A DNA stretch of 64,000 nucleotides, taken from contig NMRA01000033.1 of the NCBI GenBank assembly GCA_002633005.1, positions 560,233 through 624,232 on the forward strand, read 5' to 3'. The position numbers were made by a program, and so were the translations under genes. Under the pieces are notes generated by a model. That model saw nothing but the letters and a program-made list of their open reading frames with translations, was not told where the DNA came from and made no database searches. This DNA comes from Phoronis australis. Taxonomy: Eukaryota; Animalia; Phoronida. Of this stretch, positions 39,807-49,920 are shown piece after piece; the stretch's first letter is position 1, and every line of letters starts with the position of its first letter.

Positions 39807-40273
39807 CCTGATTTTATAACAGTAGCGCAGCAAGTAAACGTATTTTCAGAAGTAGAAGTCCGTAAGCATGAGTAGTTACTGCGACCGTCACGATGATGAT
39901 GAAAGAGCGTGAATGAATGACATACCAAGAACAACAAACAAACCAAGCACGGCTGAAAAGCGACCTCTTTTGACAGACAAAAATAGTCTCCTTCTTAACA
40001 ATCATCCACTTTCTCTCCACCGTGGATAAAGTAATATGAATAATAAAATATCAGGTACAAAATAAGTGTGTTTACTTGGGCTTGATGTAATATGTAAAAC
40101 GCTCGCAAATTGTATGTAAAAATAGCCTCCAACCTCATCATGTGCGCATGCGTATTGCGCAGCCGGTAAAAGACGGAGAGGCATGAGTGAAGAGTTTTTA
40201 GGCAGGACTTTAAGCATTTTTGTTAATTATATGCGTTCGTCATTGTTATACTGACTGTCTTTATTTAGGAATC
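39807..40273. promoter_or_regulatory. Head-to-head (bidirectional) promoter region PDK/CDV3 with NRF1-like site
   Basis: Divergent ATGs about 470 bp apart; TGCGCATGCGTA at 40143-40154 matches the NRF1 palindrome. Confidence 0.7.
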
Positions 40274-40459
40274 ATGGCGGAAAGTAACGATTTGGACGAT
40301 TTCTTTGCCAAAAAAGACAAGAGCAAAAAGAAAAATAGGTCTAAATTCACAGCAAATGACTTGCTGGCTGAACAAGGAAAGGACCCCAAAAAAGAGAAGA
40401 AGAAGAAATCTAAAGATAAAGAGAAACCGCAGTCTGCTGGTAACGATACCACGCAACAG
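40274..40459 (+). CDS. CDV3: CDV3 homolog, first coding exon
   Basis: MAESNDLDDFFAKKDKSKKK (CDV3 N-terminal LDDFFAKKDK motif); donor gtataa. Confidence 0.9.
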
Positions 40460-40936
40460 GTATAATCATTTAGTGATTCACCAGAAACTACACTTTTTCA
40501 GGTCTTTTTTAGTTAAAATTGAAATTGAAATCACTGAAAAGCTGCCATCTGCTTAGATGGGAGACAGTGCACCGTGGTACTCCCATAAGGCCTTCAGTTT
40601 TCATGCGCCGGAAGGTTTTCAGCTAATTATGCCTCACACTGATTAAACCATCAAAGTCACATTGCTATAAATGCCTTTTTCACATAGAAGGACACCTTAG
40701 GAGTCCATCAATGTCATTAATTCCTTCCAACTCAAACAAAAATCGGAAATTTTCGGGTTAACACCCTGAGGCTGAGTGGTGAAAATTGGCAAACCCAAAA
40801 ATTTGGGTGTGGGCGGTTAACCAGACGTGGGCGCTTAAACGTGCAATGTCAAGAAATCTTGGGTAGGTGGTTAACCGACCATGGGCGCAGGGATATACCC
40901 AGGTTTCAAAACCCTGCTCGCCAGCTGGGCGAGTGA

Positions 40937-41375
40937 CGGGCCTTTATGCAGCGTACGTCCTGACAAGGATGGCCTATGTATCATTTGGACGCCCACTGTC
41001 AATAAGAATCTTACAAGTTTGGACTCGCACATTGTAATGAATACTAGGAAGCCTCTGAAAGCTCACAGTTGGGGCTCTTTTTTTCAAAGCAGGAAGAAAT
41101 ATACAATGTATATACTTCGCTATACTCACACTTGGTTGATAACATAGTAAAAGTCTTGGTCAACAGTTTTTTTTTTTAGGAAAAGTGCTCACTACAGAAG
41201 GCTGTTTTGTAAACTTAGATGTAAAAACCTTGGTTTATGCATTTTTTGTAAAAAATCTGTGTGTTTGGGGGGATTGCTGGGGGTGGGGGGGTTACGCGTC
41301 GGAATCATGGACGACCTGGAATATTGGGAACCCCATTTTGGACACCCTATTTTCGAAATCCTGGATAAAGGCCTG
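40937..41375. mobile_element. Second copy of the hAT-type MITE
   Basis: Colinear with 25856-26338; same termini; TSD degenerate. Confidence 0.85.
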
Positions 41376-42204
41376 TGAGTGGGCCAGAAAATCTACTAGA
41401 CCAGCCCGTAGTTCAGTTGCCAATCTTGCTGCCAGTGTCATTAAAAATCATCGTTTCGTGCGTTGATGTCATCATCTGTTAGAGCTACCGTATTTACCCT
41501 AATAAGTGACCAGGTGCTTAGAAAAATTCGTTTCGGAAGGGGAACGCTTTTTGTAGCCTAAGGCAGTTGAAACCCGGTCTCCGAAATGGGTGAAATAGGA
41601 AGCTGGGATTCATTAAATTTACGTGCTGTGACATATCTGTAACCTATGACAGACTTTCTGCAAAACTGCATTGCTATCAAACTTTGTTGTTAAATTACAA
41701 TCTTTTTTCAAAAAATGTGCTGAAATCCCAAGGCGAAAACTTGCTTTCTGATGCGTTGCAGCCTCGCGATCGTCAATAGGGCAACTTGAATTCTTGATTA
41801 AAAAATGCAGTTTCGACTCAACAAATTACCTGAAATCCTCCTTAAGTTTTCCAAGTAGCGTCCCTAAGTTTTTTAAGTTCCTGTGGAGTCGGTATTAATC
41901 GCAGATTATGTCCATATCTGCGCTAGATCGCACCCCGGCTACAACATGAGAAACATCTAGATGAACACACATCACGTGACGTTTGTTTTGAGGTTAGTCT
42001 ACAGGTGTGTGTGCCGAGCGAGCGCATGCGTGTCAGAGTAGCAGGCCCACATATATGTAGGCCCTAGCGCGTGCTTCTTGGCCACGTGCTCATTAGCGCT
42101 GGTCAAGTTTCGATTTGTGGTTTTTTACTCGTACAAAGTAATCTAGATTCCTGTTGAGGGAGAAGATCTGCACGAGAAAGATACAATACAATCTCAAGAT
42201 ACAA

Positions 42205-42400
42205 TACAATCCCGTTGACAAGTATGCTGTGTCGGTTCTGAAAGGCCTGACCATAGTGCGACACGTTCCTCGCAAGATCAGCAAAACTTTTACGTTCTTT
42301 TTGAAGCATTGCGGAAGTTTGAAGTGTACAGTGACAGCTAAATACCGACATAGCGGCGAGGCTCGTGGTCTAGAAATTCCATGCACAATTATTTTTCAGG
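42205..42400 (+). pseudogene. HIRAN-like domain fragment
   Basis: NPVDKYAVSV...VRHVPRKIS...FL...CTVT...GLEIPC motif; no clear ATG start. Confidence 0.6.
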
Positions 42401-42910
42401 ACTGTCGGATATTATTGATAAATTGAAATTGTAGAATTTTAGATTTGTAGGTAAGGCAATTTTTGCATATGTACACATTTAAGACTGTGTGCTTATTTTA
42501 GTGATGTCTGAAAATTAGTGGGGGGCACTTGTAGGGGCATGGGCACTTGCTAGGACGAATGTTATTACTTATAAAATGATTTTGGCTAAAATGACATATT
42601 GTACATTACAATGAGAAATCAGTTCCAAGAAATGTGGTATTTCACTTGCTGTGAGCACATGGACTGGTCTTCCGCCTTTCCCCCCTTTTCTTCGTTTCAA
42701 ACTAGTCCACAAATTCCTTTGTGCATGACCACACACTGATCTTTTGTCTAGACGAATCGTGTAATGAGTGACATGAACGAGTGAACAACAACGTGTATGT
42801 TCGTCCAGAGATTTTTCTCTTGTTGCAGAGTACGATCTAGCGCAGATTTGGACTTAATATGCTGTTAATTCCGACTTCACAGTGAACTTAAAAATTTTAG
42901 GGACGCTATT

Positions 42911-43696
42911 CAGTGTTCTCCACATTATAAATTCCAAACTCGACGCAAATGTTGAATGTCAGTTATTGACATTGTTTTGTGTCTACCCATATCCATGGCC
43001 ATGCTGGAGGTATTTATATATGGTTTAAAACTGCACACTGCACTGGTGTGACCTACTTCTTAGACACTTCAAAGTTTAGCTTTCCTACCAATGCATCTCA
43101 TAATTTCTCCAAAGCATTTGACAGACCAAGAGCAGCAAACAAAAGATCAAAAGTTCCTTTAATAATACCAATGCCGATTTTAATATCAATTAGACATATT
43201 AAGTACTACTAACATGAGTTCTGATGTGACCTAGTTTTTAGTGACACCTGTTGTCAAGTTTAATAAGCTCATAAAGTTCTCTAACTTGCCACTAGATGTC
43301 AGTCAAAATCAAAATTGTCTTTATTAAGCAAATTAAATTGCTTTTTTATGGGTTGACTTGCAAAATTTTAAAGTTAGAATGACTAAGTAGATTAGTCATT
43401 CAATTAAGCAAGCTAGGTGACTCCATGAAATGTTTGTTATTTAAAGTTTTTTGCAGATTTTGTTAATTATAATTTAAACTTTTGTAGTGTCTTACGAAGT
43501 TATACATATAGTGTTGACTGCCTCTAAAGTTCTGTATTGGGCTTGATGTTGGCTAATCAGGCACTGCTTTAGGGTTGAGGGCTGAAATACCAAGCCTGGA
43601 CAAAAGTTCAAACCTGACGCAGCACTTTCTAAACTCGACGCTGCAAAATCCAAACTCGTTACAGCGTCGAGTTAAAACAGGCCGTGGAGAACACTG
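42911..43696. mobile_element. MITE nested in the right TIR of the pogo-like element, 6-bp TSD
   Basis: 13-bp TIR CAGTGTTCTCCAC / GTGGAGAACACTG; TSD GCTATT. Confidence 0.85.
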
Positions 43697-44679
43697 GCTA
43701 TTTTGAAAGCCTAAGAAGGACTCGAGGTAATTTGTTGAATCGAAACTATATTTTTACTCAAGAATTCAAGTTGACCTATGGGCGATCATGAGGCAGCGAC
43801 GCATCAGTCAGCAAGTTTTCGCACTGGGATGTTCTGAAAAATGCTCGTAACTTAACAACAAAGTTTGATAGCAATGCACTGCAGTTTTGTAGAAACTCTG
43901 TCACAGGTTACAGATGAGTCACAGAGTGTAAATTTGATGAATTCTAGCTTACAATTTCACCTGTTTCGTAGACCGGGTTTCACCACTTTTGGGCTATAAT
44001 AAGCCCCCCCCCTTACTGAAGTGAATTTTTCTAAGTGCCCCGGGCGCTTATGAGGGCAAATACAGTATATGTTTTATCTAGTGTATTGCAGACAGAAACT
44101 CAAAGTGGCTGAAAGCAGAGGTATTGAAGCTGATGGTGATCTTAAAGTTTGCGATCATGGGTAGAATTCCATGACCCGGGACAATAATATGTCTCTTGTG
44201 GTATTATAATTCACATTGGCAAACTGCCATCTTCGAGGTGGTCATTGCATTCATTGTTATCATCAATCTGTATTTACAAGTCGGGGAATCGCGCATTTCC
44301 TTGGCACTGGGTGCTAAATCTTCAATCGGGGATGGGCGCTTAACCGTGAAGTGGGTGCTTTACTGGAAATCTTCAAAGTTGCAGATGGGTGCTTAACTGA
44401 GCAGAGGGTGCTTAAATCGGAAATCCACCTAAAGTTGGGGATGGGCAGTTAAGTGAACATTGGCGTGAACTCGAACGTTTACCGTACTTTGGTAATCAAA
44501 CTTTTTAGCGGTCTTTCACTCAGTTGCTGAAATCAGCAGCTGCCCGTGTCTACTCTGTGCGCATCAGGAGATATGGCGTCATATCTCCTGGCTCAAGTCT
44601 CTCACTTCAAAATACAGCAAAATAACATTGAATGAAACATGCATGTATATACACATTGAGTAATAATTAACACACATCT

Positions 44680-45990
44680 ATTAGTGAGATTATGCTATCC
44701 TCCCGTTTTCGGATGGATTCGACATAGTTTGCGCCACCTAGTGGCCATTTCTATTGTTTTTTAGCCTGTTTTTTTATGTTCACCTCTCTATCAACCAAAC
44801 CGCACTAAGGATGACGTGGAAATTGGCATGTATGTGCTTACTATGAAGAGGACAGTTGACGATAATTTTCTGACGATTTCAACTACTGTGGCGCCTCCTA
44901 GTGGCAGTTTTTATTTTCGCCTATGGCTGTATCTCCTAAACCGTTCGCAGAATCTTTACGAAATTTAGTAAGTTTCTATATATGATGATAACAACGGACG
45001 ACGACAACTTTTAGACAGATTCGACGACTGTTGTGCCCCCTAGTGGCAATTCTATTTTTTACGTTTACCTTTGTATCTTCAAAAGTCCTTAGCCGATTTT
45101 CATGAAATTTAATATGTAGGCACCTATTAGTGAGGTGGCGCTATCCTCCCGTTTTCGAATGGATTTGACATAGTTTGCGCCACCTAGTGGCCATTTTTAC
45201 TGTTCTTTGCGTCCACTCCTCTATCAACCAAACCGCTCAAAGGATGATTGTGAAAATTGGCAGGTATGTGCTTACTATAAAGAGGTCGGTTGACGATGAT
45301 TTTCCGATGATTTCGACTACTGTGGCACCTCCTAGTGGCAGTTTTGTTTTTGTTGTGCCTATGGCTGTATCTCCTAAACCGTTTGTAGGATCTTTACTTA
45401 ATTTAGCTAGTGTATTTATATGATTGATGTTGACTACGGATGACGACGACTTTCGGACAGATCTGACTACTGCTGTGCCCCTTAGTGGCAATTTTAGTTT
45501 TTTTACGTTTAACTCAGTATCTTCAAAGGATTTTCATAAAATTTTAAAAATAGGCATCTATTGGTGTGATGCCGCTATCTTCCTGTTTTTGGATGGAATC
45601 GAGGTATTTTGCATTTTTGCTGTTTTCAAATCTTGTTTTTGGTGTCCACCCCTGTGTCAACCAAATCATTTGAAAATTGGCATATATGTTCTCAGTGTGA
45701 AGACGACCTTTGATGATGGTGACTGACTACTGTTGCGCCTCGTAGTGGTAGTTTTGTTTTGCGCTCATAGTTGTATCTCCTAAATCCACTGCAGGATCTT
45801 TACTAAATTTAGTAAGTGTATTTATATGAAGATAACAGACGACGATGACTTTCATGCGGATCCAACGGACATTGTGCCCACAAGTGGCAATTTCATTTTC
45901 TGTTTTCCTTTGTTTCTCTGAAGTTCCTTGACATATTTTTATGAAATATGGCATTTTCCTGTTTTTGGATGGATTGTATGTTTTTGTGCC
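44680..45990 (+). repeat. Higher-order tandem repeat (~430-bp unit of ~145-bp subunits) carrying CTCF-like motifs
   Basis: Eight G(C/T)GCCnCnTAGTGGC-type motifs; 44690-45130 is colinear with 45135-45570. Confidence 0.8.
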
Positions 45991-46182
45991 ATCTAGGCCA
46001 TTTTTATGATACAAATAAATAACCCTAAAAGCAAACCATTTGCAATGCATTCGTGGGCGCATTTCAGCGTTCATTCGTTCCTAAGGTGTATCATCGATTA
46101 TTGCTAACAAAAATGGATCATTAAGCATGCGACCAACTGTATGTAGCTGATAAGTTGTCTAAGCTGTCACTTGTCTTTTCAG

Positions 46183-46256
46183 AAAGAAGACGAAGAGTGG
46201 GTTGAGATAAGCACAGAGAAGGATTACTCTGGTTTGAGGATACAGTCCCTGCAAAG
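46183..46256 (+). CDS. CDV3: CDV3 exon 2
   Basis: KEDEEWVEISTEKDYSGLRIQSLQ (EW...DYSGLR motif); weak donor gtttaa is phase-compatible with the next exon. Confidence 0.88.
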
Positions 46257-47451
46257 GTTTAATGACATGCTATTAACCTATTTTTTCTTCTGCTTCAAGA
46301 GATTTTGGGGTCATTTGGTATTTCTGGACATTGTTGGGCTAACAGGTTATAAATGTGACAAAGTAACAGTCATTGTTTAGTCTGTCAACAGTTTTGTTGT
46401 TGTACAAGTGACTTGGGTTTCTCACAATGCTGTAAACCAGATTCTGGGCCCGGGGTCTAATCTCCTAATGCAAAATTATTTTGACATTTTCCTTGTCTAC
46501 TTTCAAACTCAAGATGCGTTTCTGTTTATTGTATGTTCGAGTATATTGTGACTTGTGCAGATCCGTTTCTAGAGCAAGTTTGCTTTTAATGACCCCTAAA
46601 TTCACGCTTCAAGTTGAGTAAAATCACAAGATTGGGGTCGTCAAGTACAAACTGGGATTATACAGTAATTCATGCAAGCCATAATGAACGTTTATCTTGA
46701 GTTTGTATTCAAGTACAAAGATGAGATATGGACCCTGGTGTTTAGAATATCAACTATTTTCGAAGGCGTTCTTGCTCTTCCGTAGTACCATCAGGGCTTT
46801 CTTATTCTGTCTTCTCGTTGAAATTAGAAAATTAATTGTTTGAAATTCCCGTCCTGAAGCAATGGTGACCAATGACATCGAATCAATAACCATTTTGCCA
46901 TTGGGTCCCTAGATTTTGCACTTTGTGATATGGACTCACTTGTAGTTTTTCATTAGCTTGCCAATTGGGCAAGAAAACTAAAAACTTCACATGCCCGAAG
47001 GAAAGACTTGATTGCCCAAAATATTTAGTTGTAAAACCTTTAAGAAAACAATCAATCTAGACAAGTTCTGTTGTTTGCGATTTGATCTAGATTTATAAAT
47101 TGAGTGTTCAAATCAACTAGCCCGTCGGGCATACTAGTTTAAAATTTCAGAAATCACAGAAGTTAAGTGCTGTCTGGCCGTCAGGCTACTGTTTGTGTCG
47201 AGCCTTGAGTTTGACGAAATGTGTTTATATAGCATCCCTGATACACTTACTTATTGCATTTTGTCAGGTCTTGTATTACACAGTTGCGGGTCCATGGTTA
47301 CTACGCAATATGTTCCCCCCGTCTTTAGCTACTTTTATATTTTTGAACTGAAGGAGTATCAAGTACTCCCCATGTGTGTTCATCGCTTTTGCTATGATCA
47401 AAAAATTGCATTTATGCTTTTCTAAATGTTTATTTTGACCTTTAACCTCAG

Positions 47452-47585
47452 TAAGCAAGATGAGGAGGTGAGTGAAACGCCGGAAGAGCCTGAACTGAAT
47501 GAGGACGGAGAGGTAATTGAGAAGAAAGACACCAATGAAGGCCCGTGGAAGAAGGTGGAGGTGTCGCAACAGCCCCAGCAGCTAT
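47452..47585 (+). CDS. CDV3: CDV3 exon 3
   Basis: KQDEEVSETPEEPELNEDGEVIEKKDTNEGPWKK (GPW motif); cctcag / gtaagg. Confidence 0.88.
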
Positions 47586-48337
47586 GTAAGGGCTACTCCT
47601 AAATGCAGAAAGTGTCATGAATGTTTAGTAACATATTAAATGGGGTATGCAATATGCAAAGACGAATGACTTGTGATTTGTCAAAATGCCAGGTGCAATT
47701 TCACTTCAGCATTTATTTTTGTTTGGTAAGCAGTGATGTATTCTGTTAACTAAGTTTCCCTTGCACAGTTTTTGACTTGGTTGTTGAACTAATTTTTTGT
47801 AAGTCTGTCTAATGCTCTTAGTTGTCCAAGCAGTTTTTAAAAGTAATCCAGAACGAGTAACAGTGCATTCGACCAGTAAGTGTTGGAAAATTGTGTTTTG
47901 CTCACTGATTTTTGAACTAATGCACAGGAAAAGAAAAAGTGATCACTGAAAGACATTTCTGTGTATTTGTAAAACACTTACTAGAAATTTTTTGTGCAGA
48001 GTTCAGTCAATTTGAAAGCATTGATGGGGCTATTAGTTTAAAAAAATGACATTTGCTTTCATTCAGTTCCTTTTGTGATATACATAAGAATAATTTATGA
48101 TTAGTTTAGGAACAGTCTTGCATAACATTCCTAATTTTCCTGTGCAAATCTATTATTACACAATGGTTCCACATTCAGGAAGTCATGTTGGTCCTTAGCG
48201 CGTGCATTATGATGAAGAATTTCCCGTTCTCAATTGGTTCAAGAACAGGGTCATGCTTCGTTAACACCACTTACCATCAAATTTGGCACTGTGGTCTGGC
48301 TTGTGTATGTAGATGTCATACTTTCTCTTTTATCAAG

Positions 48338-48545
48338 CTTCAAGAGAAAAGGACGTGACGGAGGTGATCGAGGAAGCATCAAAGCTAGTCATCAGTGACG
48401 GAAAGTACGTCCCACCCCACCAGAGAGGCGGTGCCGCCGCCATTGTGACCCCCGTGCGACAGGCACCGAGGAGGAAGAAGGTGGCACCGAATATACAGAG
48501 TGATTTAGATTTTCCCAGTTTAGCAGGGGCCATGGAACAGTCCAA
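48338..48545 (+). CDS. CDV3: CDV3 exon 4
   Basis: GKYVPPHQR...APNIQSDLDFPSL motifs; AAG acceptor inferred from phase; donor gtgagt. Confidence 0.85.
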
Positions 48546-48719
48546 GTGAGTGCCAGGTTCAAGATCAGTGGATTTTCATATGGGTCCAGCTACTTGAACA
48601 CTCCAATACCCATTTTTTGTGCTAACACATGCTTATATGTAGTTGCACATGTTCGTCATCTCTTTTTGGCAGCGTACACTGCTGTATGGCCTAAACCCCT
48701 TGCTGGATCTTTATAAAAT

Positions 48720-49500
48720 TTGGCTACTTCCGTCTGTACGGATCTGAATACCCAATGTGCCGCCTAGTGGCATTTTTTTTATGTTTGCCTCTGTATCTTT
48801 GGAGTTGCTTGGTGGATTATAATTAAAATTGGTATTTAAAATGGCTTTCTATTAAGTACATGGTGATGCCTATGTTTGATGCTAATAAACATCCCTAGAA
48901 GCATACCGTTTGTTGTGCAGTCGTGGGTGCATTTCAACATTACTATTTTGTAGTTTGTTTTTTTTTTGGTGTCTGTTTCTTGATCTGCAAACTGTTGTAT
49001 GAAAATTGGTAGATGTGTTCTAGCATACAACAGTATGACTGACATTAATTTTTGTGTAGTCCTGACTATTCTGGCGTCATTTTTTTTGCTGAATCTCCTA
49101 AACCTCTGCAAAGTTTTTGTGAAATCTGGCAAGTGTGTTCTTTTAAGCAGGACAACTTTTGTACAGATACGACTGCTGATGTCCTGGTAGTGGCAATTTT
49201 ATTTTTTACGTTGTCTTCTTTAAATTATTTCCCGAGTCCCTTGACAGGTCTCGTGAAATTTGGTAAATGATATAAAATGATGAATCCATCCCATTTTTAG
49301 ATGTGTGAAACGTGCTTTACCTTGCTTAGTGATCTATACTCCAGAGTCTGACTTGAAGGATCATTTTGAAATTTGGCATTACGTTTCTACTGAGAAGGGA
49401 AAGGTTGACGTGAAATTTGGGATGTGTTCCTATTGAGGAGAGTACAGTTTAGATTGATTTTGAGACAAATCCGAGTACGGTGGTTTTAGTTTATTAGTGT
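48720..49500 (+). repeat. Degenerate copy of the CCTAGTGGCA repeat family
   Basis: gtgccgcctagtggca and repeated gaaattgg/gaaatttgg blocks. Confidence 0.55.
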
Positions 49501-49796
49501 TCATCCCTGTAATGGGAATGTTTCAAATGGTTATCCCTTGTATCTGTGCTGTATTTGATACACACATCAAGGCTATGCATTGCTCGTGTACTTTGTAATT
49601 GAGGTATATCTTTTCTTTCATTTAAATATAAAAAGTGGCTCTGCTCTTTTGGAAGACAGGTGAGAGGGTCTTTTGAGAATGGGTTGACTGAGGTCAATGA
49701 ATTCTGAATCTTATATTAATTCATTTTGATTTTTTTATTTCTTTAAATTTATCTCTAGAAAAGTTGAAAGCTTTAGTTCTCATTTCCGGTTTACAG

Positions 49797-49920
49797 AACG
49801 CCAATAGATTCAGGACAACAGTTTGAGCGCGTGCGAAGTGGCGGACGCCAGACAGACGAGAATCATGGGAGAAGTTCTCAGCTTGAATTGGGAAACAAAT
49901 ACGATGCATTGAAGAACTAG
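49797..49920 (+). CDS. CDV3: CDV3 last coding exon
   Basis: tttacag acceptor, phase 2; TPIDSGQQFERVRSGGR...LELGNKYDALKN then TAG. Confidence 0.85.

Larger units (their letters stand above)
41488..44065. mobile_element. TA-flanked pogo/Tc1-like element with long TIRs and HIRAN-like cargo
   Basis: TA|ccgtatttaccct ... agggcaaatacag|TA; ~450-bp inverted arms (41488-41935 vs 42835-42910 plus 43697-44065). Confidence 0.75.

Noticed and set aside
49759-49796. Upstream tag acceptor for the CDV3 last exon
   Set aside because: Leads to an early stop and loses the conserved LxLxNxYxxL terminus; 49797 fits
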